A program made the position numbers and the translations under genes. The notes below the pieces were generated by a model. It had not been told where the DNA came from. It saw nothing but the letters and a program-made list of their open reading frames with translations, and searched no databases. A stretch of DNA of 64,000 bases, taken from assembly GCA_046704885.1 (NCBI GenBank), contig JBJKRB010000150.1, positions 32,527 through 96,526 on the forward strand, written 5' to 3'. Positions 45,868 to 55,323 of the stretch are shown here, one piece after another; the first letter of the stretch is position 1; the number at the start of each line of letters is the position of its first letter. The stretch is from Thermoanaerobaculia bacterium (lineage in GTDB: Bacteria > Acidobacteriota > Thermoanaerobaculia > Multivoradales > JBJKRB01).

Positions 45868-45931
45868 GAAGCCAGCGCTTCTGCGCCCTACTCTTCGACG
45901 GTTCGACTCTCGGCTGGTGGCTGGCGGAAGC

Positions 45932-48900
45932 CTAGAGAATGAGTCGCTCGAGGTCTCTCGGCGGCATCGGCCGGAAGAAAAGATAGCCTTGGCCGTACTT
46001 GTATCCGAGCTCGCGTAGCGCCTTCGCTTGATCATCGCCTTCCACTCCCTCTGCGATCACCCGCAGACCGAGTCGGCGTCCGATCAGGAGAGCCGCTTCG
46101 ACCACCGCCGCGTTGCGTGCGTCCTTGGCCAGCCCCTCGACGATCACCCGGTCGACCTTCAAGGTGTCGATGTGCATCGTGATCAGGTATTCGAGGGAGG
46201 AGTAGCCAGTTCCAAGATCGTCGACCGCGATCCGCACACCCAGGTCCCGTAGCTCGTTAATCCGCGACAGTGAAGTCAAGAGCATGCGCTCGGTCAGCTC
46301 TAGCTCGAGGTTCTTGGAGGGCAGGCCCGCGTCGGCGAGAGCCGTGTTCAAATCGTCCACGAAATCGGCCTCGCGCAAGTGGCGGGCCGAGAGATTGCTG
46401 CTGATCAAGAAATCCTCTCGTCCACTCATCTGAATCCACCGCGCACCCTGCGCGAGGACCGTCTTGACCACCCACTGCTCGATGGGAGTAATGAGTCCGG
46501 ACTCTTCGGCAATGGGAATGAACTCCGCGGGAAGGAGCAAGCCTTCTTGCGGGTGGCGCCAGCGGATCAGGGCCTCGGCACCGATGATCTCGCCGCCGTC
46601 CAGTCGAACGATCGGTTGGTAGTAGATCTCGAACTCCTGCCGCTCGAGGGCGCGCCACAGCTCGGTCTCGCGGCGGAAACGATGCGTCTCGGTCGAGTCC
46701 TCATCGCTATTGAACATGTGGAAGTGCGTGCCAAGGCCACGCTTCGCTTCGTACATCGCCATGTCGCTGAAGCGCATGAGATCATCGGCCCTCTGCACGC
46801 TCTCGCTGCTTACCGTGACGCCCACGCTGGCGCTCGCCTTGACTTCGGTGCCAGCCACCGCAAAGGGGCGATCGAACGCCGCGACGATGCGCTCCACCAC
46901 CGGGGTGACGTCCTGCGGGCCGGAAACGCCCTCAAGAAGCCCAGCGAACTCGTCCCCCCCGAGCCGGGCGAAGGTGTCCTGCTGCCGCATCCTTCCGCGT
47001 AAGCGGCGCGCCACCGCGGCCAAGAGCTCGTCGCCAACCAGATGGCCGAACGTATCATTGACCACCTTGAAGCGGTCGAGATCGATAAAGATCACTCCCA
47101 AAGCTCCACCGTTGCGCGCCACGCGCTCGAGGGCATGCTCGAGGCGATCGCGAAAGAGGATGCGGTTGGGGAGCCCGGTCAGCGGATCGTAGAGCGCCTG
47201 GCGCTCGAGCTCGGCCTGAAAAGCCTTGCGCTCCGAGATATCGGAAACCAGGCTCATCAGGTGCTCGACGCCTTCGACCTCCATCAGCGCAATCGAGACC
47301 TCCACCGGTATGAGCTTGCCGTTCCGTGCTCTCAGCTCGAGCTCGAGCGGCCCGATGCTTCCCGACTGACGAATCTTGCGGATCATCTCGAGGCGATCCT
47401 CTTCCCCGCGCCAGACTCCAAGGTCGAGCGCGCTTCGCCCCACGAGCTCCTCGCGACTGTAGCCCAACAACCTGGCGATCGCCGGGTTGACCTCGATCAA
47501 CTCGCCATCCTCGAGGCGGCTCATGGTGATTCCAAGTGGACTGATCTCAAAGAGTCGAGCGAACTTCTCCCGCTCGCGGCGCAGGTCCTCTTGCCCCTTC
47601 TTGCGCTCGGTCACGTCCTGGATCTGGGCGATGAACTGGAATGGCGCGCCGCCCTCGACGCGCAGCACCGAGGCGCTCACCTGCCCCCACACCACCCTGC
47701 CGTTTCTCCTCAGGTAGCGTTTCTCGGTCACGAGCTCCGTTGTCCGACCCTCCGCAAGGTCCGCGACGAGCTCGCGAGAAAGCTCGACGTCGTCTGGATG
47801 GGTCACCTCCAGAATCGACCGGCCCGCGAGCTCATCGGGGGGGTAGCCCAGCATCTCGCCGAAGGAGGAGTTGACCTGAATGAAGCGGCCGTCGCGGTCG
47901 TAGATCACCATCCCGGTGGCCGCCTGGTGGAAGGCGCCCCGAAACCTCCTCTCGCTTTCGCTCAAGGCTTCCTCGATCCGTACTTGGTCGCTTACGTCGT
48001 AGAGCACCCCAGCTAGCCGGATGATCCGCTTGCCGTCCCGCTCCGCCACCTCGGCGCGAGAGATGACCGTCCGCACGGCCCCGTCCGTGCGAAGGATCCG
48101 GAAACGGCTCTCGAGCGGTCCTGAGCCGCGAAGCAGTCTCCGCGCGATCGCCTCCAGCTCGTCTCGTTCCTCGGGGTGCACGAACTTGAGAGTGCTCTCC
48201 AGCCCGAGGGTGACCTTCTCGGCTGGCAGACCGAGAATCGCGGCCATCTGGGCGGAAAGGTGGAATCGGTTGCGTGGAAGCTCCCGCTCCCAGTAGCCGA
48301 GCCCGGCGATGCGCTGCGCCTGCTGCAGGCGCCGCTCGTTTTCCCGCAGATGGGCATCGGCGCGCACCCTCTGGCTGATGTCGATCAGACTGCCAATGAC
48401 AAGCGTCTTGTCATCTTCGACCATCGGGCTCAGCCGGAGATCCACGTCGATGACCGACCCATCCTTGCGCCGCGCCTTGAGGGGACGCTCGCCAAAAGTC
48501 GGAAGTGGCGAGGTCTGGTAGTTCTTGCGGCAGCGCTCATGCCTCTCGCGCGACTCCTCCGGCACGATGAGCTCGACCGGTTTGCCAAGCAGCTCTTGGC
48601 GCTCGTACTGTAAGAGGCGCTCCGCGAAGGGATTGAGGCCAACGATTCGCCCATTCTCGTCGGTCAGCACGATCCCCGCCGGCGCCGCCTCGAAAAGAAT
48701 CCGGTAACGCGCCTCGGCTTCGAGCCGGGCGCGCTCGCTCTTGACGTGCTCGATGCAGGCGTGAATTCCCCTATCGAGGAGCGCGGCCGACAGGTCGTTC
48801 TCGGCGATATAGTCCTGGGCGCCCTTGAGCAGCATTGAGCGGGCCGTGGCGGCCGACCCACTAGCGCCGATCGCGATGAGTGGCACGGGCTCCGGGCCTT

Positions 48901-49189
48901 CATCTTGATCAAACAGGTCGACCATCGATTCGAGCGCGGAACCAGCGGCGTCCACTCTGACGAGAATCGCATCCGGGGCCCGATCCCCCTCGAGCGCGCG
49001 GACCAATTCCTGCCGCGAGTCACAGGTACGCACCCGATATCGCGCCTTCCTCGCGTGATCGAGCAGATCTGCCAATCGGCCCGCCGCGGCCTGATCACCG
49101 CAGACAAGCAAGATATCCAGCGTCTCGAGTGGCAAGGTCGGCCCTTCGGAATCAGTCTGGCGATGGCTCGTCATCACAGCAGCGCCCAC
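45932..49189 (-). CDS. pseudo-REC + 4xPAS + GGDEF + EAL diguanylate cyclase/phosphodiesterase
   Basis: DPLTGLPNR, RLGGDEF, YQP...AEALIRW, DDLGTGYSSL, AEGVE, QGY; four PAS/PAC units. Start uncertain. Confidence 0.93.
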   Translation of the reverse strand: MGAAVMTSHRQTDSEGPTLPLETLDILLVCGDQAAAGRLADLLDHARKARYRVRTCDSRQELVRALEGDRAPDAILVRVDAAGSALESMVDLFDQDEGPEPVPLIAIGASGSAATARSMLLKGAQDYIAENDLSAALLDRGIHACIEHVKSERARLEAEARYRILFEAAPAGIVLTDENGRIVGLNPFAERLLQYERQELLGKPVELIVPEESRERHERCRKNYQTSPLPTFGERPLKARRKDGSVIDVDLRLSPMVEDDKTLVIGSLIDISQRVRADAHLRENERRLQQAQRIAGLGYWERELPRNRFHLSAQMAAILGLPAEKVTLGLESTLKFVHPEERDELEAIARRLLRGSGPLESRFRILRTDGAVRTVISRAEVAERDGKRIIRLAGVLYDVSDQVRIEEALSESERRFRGAFHQAATGMVIYDRDGRFIQVNSSFGEMLGYPPDELAGRSILEVTHPDDVELSRELVADLAEGRTTELVTEKRYLRRNGRVVWGQVSASVLRVEGGAPFQFIAQIQDVTERKKGQEDLRREREKFARLFEISPLGITMSRLEDGELIEVNPAIARLLGYSREELVGRSALDLGVWRGEEDRLEMIRKIRQSGSIGPLELELRARNGKLIPVEVSIALMEVEGVEHLMSLVSDISERKAFQAELERQALYDPLTGLPNRILFRDRLEHALERVARNGGALGVIFIDLDRFKVVNDTFGHLVGDELLAAVARRLRGRMRQQDTFARLGGDEFAGLLEGVSGPQDVTPVVERIVAAFDRPFAVAGTEVKASASVGVTVSSESVQRADDLMRFSDMAMYEAKRGLGTHFHMFNSDEDSTETHRFRRETELWRALERQEFEIYYQPIVRLDGGEIIGAEALIRWRHPQEGLLLPAEFIPIAEESGLITPIEQWVVKTVLAQGARWIQMSGREDFLISSNLSARHLREADFVDDLNTALADAGLPSKNLELELTERMLLTSLSRINELRDLGVRIAVDDLGTGYSSLEYLITMHIDTLKVDRVIVEGLAKDARNAAVVEAALLIGRRLGLRVIAEGVEGDDQAKALRELGYKYGQGYLFFRPMPPRDLERLIL

Positions 49190-49242
49190 GAGGAGCGACG
49201 GTCCGGCAGCAAACCAGGCTCATCTTGGAGGATTCAACGCCC

Positions 49243-49440
49243 ATGAGACTCTCCACAGCGATGGGTTCCAGGCGATTCGCTCCTCTCCTCGCCGTCGCCG
49301 CCGTCAACGCTATCGCAAAGGCCACGAACCAAGGAACCGGAAGCGTCAAGCAGACGGTCTTCACCGAGGTCCTGGCCCACCGTAACGGAGGTTGGCTGGC
49401 GGTAAACGCCCACGCGGACCTCGTCGGCAACCGACGAATC
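49243..49440 (+). pseudogene. possible remnant of a secreted NTF2-like/DUF4440 gene
   Basis: GGAGG RBS, ATG and signal-like sequence joined almost directly to TVFTEVLAHRNGGWLAVNAHA, which resembles a DUF4440 C-terminus. The frame runs on into the convergent gene. Confidence 0.35.
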
Positions 49441-51205
49441 AGCGGTAAAGCCTCTCGATCACATCCCGCTGGCGCTCGTAGACGACGCGACGGCGAATCT
49501 TCTGCGAGGGCGTGAGCTCGCCGCTCTCGACAGTGAGCTCTCGGTTCAAGAAGGCAAAGCGACGGATCTGTTCCGAGCGCGCGAGCCGCCGGTTGACGGC
49601 CGCGACGTGGATCTCGATGTGGGCGCGGAAGATTGTGCACTCGACGGCCTCCTCGACGCTGCGCGCCGGGCTGCCGGCTGCGATCGCCACCCGCTCTACG
49701 GCTAGCGGGTCGAGCGCCAGCAGCGCTCCGATGAAGCGCTGGCGGTCGCCAAGCACAACGGCCTGAGAGACCCCAGGGAGACCTCGGAGCAGGCCTTCGA
49801 GCTTTTGCGGTGCGACGTTCTTTCCCCCCGCTGTAATGATCAGATCTTTCTTGCGGTCGGTGATCGTCAAGAACCCTTCCTCATCGATGTCGCCGATATC
49901 GCCGGAATGGATCCACCCGTCCTCATCGACCGTCTCCCGAGTCGCGGCTTCGTCCTTGAAATAGCCGGCAAATACGTGCGGGCCGCGAATCAGGATCTCG
50001 CCATCCTCCGCCAGCGCCAGCTCGGTTCCCGGGATCGCGAATCCGGCTCTACCGAGGCGAAAACGCCCAGGAAGAGAAAAGGTGGTCGGACCGGTACACT
50101 CGCTCATCCCATATACCTCGAGAATGGGAATCCCGAGACTTGCGAAGAACTCCAAAGTCTCGAGCGCGATGGGGGCCGTGGAGGTGGCGCATACTCGGGC
50201 GCGATCGAGACCAATCCTGCGCCGCACCTTGTTGAACACCAGCCTCCTGGCGAGTCCCGCCGACAACGGCCGACGGCCATGACCTTGCGCGGCCTGCGCT
50301 TCCGCCATCCCCTTCTTCCTGGCCCAGGCGGCAATCCGCCGTTTGAGGGCCGGAGCCTTATGCCCGGCAATCTCGATCGCGGCCTGCATCTTCTCCCACA
50401 CTCGCGGAACCGCAAAGAAAAGGTGGGGGCGCACCTCACGAAGGTTTTCGCCCAGCTGTTCGAGGCTCTCGGCGAACCAGGTGGAGGCCCCCCCCGCCAT
50501 CGGCACGTGTAGCGAGACCACCTGCTCGGCAATGTGGCTGAGTGGCAGGTAGCTGAGAACCGCCTCGCCCGGAGCAATGGCGTAGGTCGCGCGCACTTGC
50601 TCCGCCGTCCAGACGATATTCGTATGGGTGAGCGTGACCGCCTTGGGAGGTCCGGTGGTTCCCGAGGTATAGATCAGAGTCGCCGGCTCACCAGCTCGCA
50701 GTCGCTCCGCTATCGCTTCGATTTCCTTCTCACCTACCCGCTCGGCCAAGGCGATGAGCTCCTCCCATGTCAGAACGTCCGGCGCCGCCGACTCGCCTTC
50801 GATCAGTACGATCGCGCGCAAAGCGGGGAGGCGGTGCCGAACCGCGAGAACCTTGTCCAACTGCTCGTGGTTCTCGACTACGACAAGGCCGGCCTCGGCG
50901 TGGCCCAAAATGTAGGCGCATTCCTCGGCCGGGTTGGTGGTGTAGATGCCAACCGGCAAGGCGCCCGCGGCGATCGCCCCGAGGTAGGTGAGGAACCACT
51001 CTGGCCGATTGAAGCTCAAGATCCCCACGCCAGAACCGCGCTCGATTCCGAGTGCGATCAGGGCTCGGCCCACCTGCAGCGAAAATCGCCGGTACTCGCG
51101 CCAAGAGACAGCCTCCCAGACGCCGTTGCGCTTGGCAACCAGTGCCGGTTGATCCGGTACTCGCTCGGCGGTGGCGGAGAGAACCTGGATAACGGTCTGG
51201 ACCAT
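49439..51205 (-). CDS. long-chain fatty acid--CoA ligase (AMP-binding)
   Basis: IYTSGTTGPPK, SYLPLSHIAE, YGMSE, HSGDIG, ITDRKKDLIITAGGKN, LTPSQK. Confidence 0.93.
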   Translation of the reverse strand: MVQTVIQVLSATAERVPDQPALVAKRNGVWEAVSWREYRRFSLQVGRALIALGIERGSGVGILSFNRPEWFLTYLGAIAAGALPVGIYTTNPAEECAYILGHAEAGLVVVENHEQLDKVLAVRHRLPALRAIVLIEGESAAPDVLTWEELIALAERVGEKEIEAIAERLRAGEPATLIYTSGTTGPPKAVTLTHTNIVWTAEQVRATYAIAPGEAVLSYLPLSHIAEQVVSLHVPMAGGASTWFAESLEQLGENLREVRPHLFFAVPRVWEKMQAAIEIAGHKAPALKRRIAAWARKKGMAEAQAAQGHGRRPLSAGLARRLVFNKVRRRIGLDRARVCATSTAPIALETLEFFASLGIPILEVYGMSECTGPTTFSLPGRFRLGRAGFAIPGTELALAEDGEILIRGPHVFAGYFKDEAATRETVDEDGWIHSGDIGDIDEEGFLTITDRKKDLIITAGGKNVAPQKLEGLLRGLPGVSQAVVLGDRQRFIGALLALDPLAVERVAIAAGSPARSVEEAVECTIFRAHIEIHVAAVNRRLARSEQIRRFAFLNRELTVESGELTPSQKIRRRVVYERQRDVIERLYR

Positions 51206-51271
51206 GGCCCTGCTATCCGACGCGAAATCAGCGGGGATCGCATCGAAATCTAGCAACAGGACCCATGGGTG

Positions 51272-52015
51272 TCAAACGAAGACCGCGGACGGCAATGGCT
51301 CGAAAGCCACGTAGTCGAGCGCATCGTCTGCTGTCGTCCCCCGCGTCCGGAGTCCGCACCCGGCGGCCTTGTTGCGCCCCTCGTTCTTGGCTCGATACAG
51401 TGCTTCGTCGGCCTTCCAGAGAGAGGCCTCGACATCCTCCGCCAGCGGATCGACCTCGGCGACTCCAGTGCTCACGGTACAGCGGACGTCTCTCTCAGCA
51501 ACGGGCACCACTTGCGCCGCAACCGCTGATCGAATTCTCTCCGCCGCGCACATCGCTCCGCGCTGGTCCGCATCTGTCAGCAGCAAGACGAACTGGTCGC
51601 CGCCTCTTCGCGCGACGATGTCGCTCCGGCGCACAACCCTTTCAATCGTACTCGCCACCCGCCGAAGTACCTGATCGCCGGCGCTGTGCCCGAGATCGTC
51701 ATTGACCCTCTTGAGCCCATCGATGTCGATCACCGCCACCGCGATGCGACCCCCGTCACGCCGGATACGCTCAAGCTCAGTCCGACTCGCCTCCATGAAC
51801 CACGCGCGATTTCCAAGACCGCTCACAGGGTCGGTCTTCCTCCGGTGCTTGCCGCGCCCTACCAAAGGGGAGCATCGCACTTGAAGCGGACGCGTGCGTC
51901 CTTCGGCCGGCAAGCCGCCTCCACTCGACGGGCCGATCTTCTCGGTCGCTGCCGCGGTCGCCAGATGTAGCCCGGCGCCCCTATCAGAGTTTGTCGCTCC
52001 TTGGTTTCGTTCCAT
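51272..52015 (-). CDS. stand-alone GGDEF-domain protein with degenerate GGDQF motif
   Basis: TDPVSGLGNR, IDIDGLKRVND..GH..GD, RRSD I-site, RRGGDQF, ADEALYRAK..GRN. Confidence 0.8.
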   Translation of the reverse strand: MERNQGATNSDRGAGLHLATAAATEKIGPSSGGGLPAEGRTRPLQVRCSPLVGRGKHRRKTDPVSGLGNRAWFMEASRTELERIRRDGGRIAVAVIDIDGLKRVNDDLGHSAGDQVLRRVASTIERVVRRSDIVARRGGDQFVLLLTDADQRGAMCAAERIRSAVAAQVVPVAERDVRCTVSTGVAEVDPLAEDVEASLWKADEALYRAKNEGRNKAAGCGLRTRGTTADDALDYVAFEPLPSAVFV

Positions 52016-52049
52016 GGCTCACCAGCCTCCGAGGCCTGCGGCCTTCGTC

Positions 52050-53195
52050 CTATCCACCCGATCCCCCAGCCATCAGCCTGAAATCTGGACGGGCGTTCGA
52101 GATAACGCGATTGCGGCCCGTCCGCTTTGCCCTGTAGAGCGCCCTGTCAGCCTCAGCGAGAAGAGCGTCGAGTTCGGTGCAGCTCGAGCCGAGAGTCCCG
52201 ATTCCAAGGCTCACGGTAACCGGAACGTCGAAGGAACCGGCGAACACCGGGGCCTCGGCTATGACACGCCGGAGCTTTTCCGCCACATGCAATGCCATCA
52301 CTTCGCTTGTGTCTGGAAGCAGAACCCCCAACTCCTCACCCCCGGTACGTGCAACGAGATCTCCTTCTCGCACTGCCTCTACCAACCTCTTCGCGAGCTC
52401 GCGCAAAACCGCGTCACCGACCGCGTGCCCGTGGGAGTCGTTGATCCGCTTGAAGTTGTCGACGTCGATGGCCACGACACTCACTGGCCCGCCGCTCCGC
52501 CGAGCGCGCGCCAGCGCGCGCCGGCTGCGGTCGAGAAAGCTACGTCGATTGGCGAGCCCGGTGAGGGCGTCGGTGGTCGCCTGCCTCCTCAATCTCTGGC
52601 TCATCCTCACCTGGCGAAGACGCCCGAGATACTCCCGCCGTTCCGTCCGCATCCTGGCGCGCTGCGAAACGAACGACACCACCAGGGTGGAGAAGAGAAA
52701 GAACTGTTGCTCGAAGACGAGGACCGGCTCCTTGACCTCCATCCAACCGAGCGCCATCGGGGTGAGAAAGGCGCCGTAGAGGAGGCCGTATGCGACCACC
52801 GCCTCGACCGTCGTCCACAGGAAGATCTGACTGACCGCGATGATCGCGATGTAGAGACCCGCCCAATGGGGCGACTCGTAGCCGTCGTGAATGAGCGAGG
52901 TGATCACGATCGACATGCCGACGAGCCAGAACAGGCCAATGCTCGCCTCGCCCGAATAGGGCGCCAGGGACTTTGACCGCCAGCGAGCCAAGGCAGCGAC
53001 CGCAAGAGCGCTGACCATGCACAACGCGCCGAGCACGGCCACCAAGCGAAGCTGATAGCGCATGGTTAGCCAGTCCAGAACCATGAACAGGGGACTGAAA
53101 GCGAGAACCAGCCACGCGGCACGAACCAGGGCGTGGGTGTTCTTGCGCTCGACGTGATCGCGGAAGGAGCGGGCAGGGATCGAAAGTTTCCTCAA
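52050..53195 (-). CDS. membrane-bound diguanylate cyclase
   Basis: About 6 TM helices, TDALTGLANR, DVDNFKRIND, REGD I-site, RTGGEEL. Confidence 0.88.
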   Translation of the reverse strand: MRKLSIPARSFRDHVERKNTHALVRAAWLVLAFSPLFMVLDWLTMRYQLRLVAVLGALCMVSALAVAALARWRSKSLAPYSGEASIGLFWLVGMSIVITSLIHDGYESPHWAGLYIAIIAVSQIFLWTTVEAVVAYGLLYGAFLTPMALGWMEVKEPVLVFEQQFFLFSTLVVSFVSQRARMRTERREYLGRLRQVRMSQRLRRQATTDALTGLANRRSFLDRSRRALARARRSGGPVSVVAIDVDNFKRINDSHGHAVGDAVLRELAKRLVEAVREGDLVARTGGEELGVLLPDTSEVMALHVAEKLRRVIAEAPVFAGSFDVPVTVSLGIGTLGSSCTELDALLAEADRALYRAKRTGRNRVISNARPDFRLMAGGSGG

Positions 53196-53315
53196 GAAAC
53201 GCCTCCGAGCGGAACCGGCACCCGTGGCTGCCGCTCCGCCACTTCGGAGGAACGCTACTCTTCCCTCTCTCCGTGAACCATCGGCTTCGCGCTGAAAGAG
53301 CTGTCAGAGTCTGTC

Positions 53316-54047
53316 CTACGGAAGACTCGAATCGAGCCCTCCAGCTCCCGCCTGTCCACCCACCAAGGCAACGCTCTCACGGTCTCCCGCCACGAGAGCC
53401 CTGCGCAAACGCTCGCTCCACTCGAAGATCCCGTCGGCTGCGAGCCCGCGGGGCACACTCATCGGCTCGCCCGCGACCAGCGCAACACGGGCAAAGGGCC
53501 AGGGAACTTCATGCTGGTCCCAGCGGCGCCGGGCGATCCACTTGCGGTTCGCCGCAACGCAGATCGGAACGATTTTGAAACCGAGCTCCGAAGCAAGCTC
53601 GACGGCTCCACGTTTGACGGCATGGTAGGGACCCTGGGGGCCGTCGACCGCAACTCCGCACACCGGATGGCGTTCCAGAGCCGCTTTCATGATCGCCAGC
53701 GAGTGGGTCCGGCCATGATCCGGAATCTGCACGCATTCATATCCGAACCGCTCGCAAGCCGCGGCGATGACGTCACCTCGTCGCGAGACGCTGGTGAAGA
53801 TCACGGCGTGACGGCCAGCGAGCCAAGGGAAGAGAGCGGCGATCCGTCCATGCCAGAAGGCGGCGATCAGCGGCTCGCGCGCTTCCAGCATGCGATCGAC
53901 CCGCTCGAGACCGCTGGACCTCTTGCGCCAGGTAGCGAAGGAGAAGCGAAGACCCGTGGCGATCAAGAAAGCAACGAGCTTGGCGCGCGGGCTCCGCCTT
54001 CGCTCTTCCTGGAGCCCGTCGCCGGCTTCATCCGCCATCGTATCCAC
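53316..54047 (-). CDS. DUF374 / lysophospholipid acyltransferase family protein
   Basis: AFWHG, S.S.RGD, DGPQGP, WD...VP.PF motifs. Confidence 0.8.
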   Translation of the reverse strand: MDTMADEAGDGLQEERRRSPRAKLVAFLIATGLRFSFATWRKRSSGLERVDRMLEAREPLIAAFWHGRIAALFPWLAGRHAVIFTSVSRRGDVIAAACERFGYECVQIPDHGRTHSLAIMKAALERHPVCGVAVDGPQGPYHAVKRGAVELASELGFKIVPICVAANRKWIARRRWDQHEVPWPFARVALVAGEPMSVPRGLAADGIFEWSERLRRALVAGDRESVALVGGQAGAGGLDSSLP

Positions 54048-55323
54048 CCTCCGTGGCGCGATCCCTTCGCATGGTCTCTCCGGCCGCTACCGCGATGTTC
54101 TTCAGAATGTGCCACTCCTCCTCCGTCCTACGCTTCGCGCTTGCCCAAAGGCTCTCCTCCAACCACTTGGGCGCCGGCCGCTGACCGATGAGCTTCGAAT
54201 AGAGAGCCAGCGACTTCTCCGCGGTGACCGGTCCCGAATAGCTCTTGGCGGTTGCGGCCAATGATGCGGCGACCCGGCCCCGTCGATCGCGGTCGAGATC
54301 AACGACCCATCGCAACGCCGCCGCGAACTCCTCCTCCGAATCGTGCGGAAGCAGCCGACCATTCTTCCTGTCTCTGACCACTTCCCGCACCCCCGGGGCG
54401 TCGACGGCAACCACCGGGACTCCCGCGGCCATCGCCTCTACCAACACGATCCCCTGGGTCTCGCTATGGGACGCGAAGGCGAAAACATCCATTGCGGCGT
54501 AAGCGTTGGCGAGCTCACGCCCCATCAACCGGCCAACGGCAAGCAGGCGATCGGCGAGCCCGCGCTCGGCGAGCTTGCCGGCAATGGTCTCCTGCGCCGA
54601 ACCTTCGCCCACCACCAGGAACCTCGATTCGGCGCGCGAGGCGAGAAAGCGAGCTACCGCCGCGGCGAGAAAGGCGAGGTTCTTCTCCTCCGCGAGCCGG
54701 CCCACGTGCCCGATCACGCAGGCGTTGGCCGCGATTCCACGACGACGCCGAAACGCGGCGCCATCGCCGGCCTGGAAACGCTCGAGGTCGATCCCGGTGG
54801 GGATCACCTTGATCGGCGATGTGACCCCTCTGTGCCTCAGGAGCCGCTCGATCGAGCGGCTTGGCGCGATCACGGCGTCGCACAGGTTGCAGTAGCCGGT
54901 GGTGAGCTCGACCACGAAATGAGCCAAGCGCGACTGATTGACGGGCACATAATGCGTGTAGCGCTCGTACAGCGTGTGGTGGGTAAAGACCACCGGAATG
55001 TCGCGCCACGCGGCGACGCGGAGCGCCGTGTCACCGAGCAGGAAGGGGTGGTGTGAGTGCACGATGTCAGGGTCGAAGGTTTGCACCTCGGCGGCGACCA
55101 GACGAGGGATCGGCATGGGCACCGAAAAATCACTGCCGTTGAAGTGCTGAATCGCCGGTACCCGCACCACTTCCGGATCCTCGCCGTCCTCGCCTTCGAA
55201 GGTCGGGGCAACGACCAGCACTTGATGGCCCATTCTCTTGTACTCGACGGTGAACCGCTCGACGCTGTGGGCGACGCCTCCCACGTGCGGGGTGAAGGTG
55301 TTGGTGACCATCAAGATCCTCAT
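54028..55323 (-). CDS. glycosyltransferase family 4 (monoglucosyl-diacylglycerol synthase-like)
   Basis: TNTFTPHVGGVA, HSHHPF, FTHHTLYE.Y.HY, IPTGID, VGRLAEEKN, SETQGIVLVEAMA. Confidence 0.9.
   Translation of the reverse strand: MRILMVTNTFTPHVGGVAHSVERFTVEYKRMGHQVLVVAPTFEGEDGEDPEVVRVPAIQHFNGSDFSVPMPIPRLVAAEVQTFDPDIVHSHHPFLLGDTALRVAAWRDIPVVFTHHTLYERYTHYVPVNQSRLAHFVVELTTGYCNLCDAVIAPSRSIERLLRHRGVTSPIKVIPTGIDLERFQAGDGAAFRRRRGIAANACVIGHVGRLAEEKNLAFLAAAVARFLASRAESRFLVVGEGSAQETIAGKLAERGLADRLLAVGRLMGRELANAYAAMDVFAFASHSETQGIVLVEAMAAGVPVVAVDAPGVREVVRDRKNGRLLPHDSEEEFAAALRWVVDLDRDRRGRVAASLAATAKSYSGPVTAEKSLALYSKLIGQRPAPKWLEESLWASAKRRTEEEWHILKNIAVAAGETMRRDRATEGGYDGG

Noticed and set aside
53234-53249. Hairpin CTCCG-CCACTT-CGGAG as a terminator
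   Set aside because: Only a 5-bp stem, with no U-tract on either strand.
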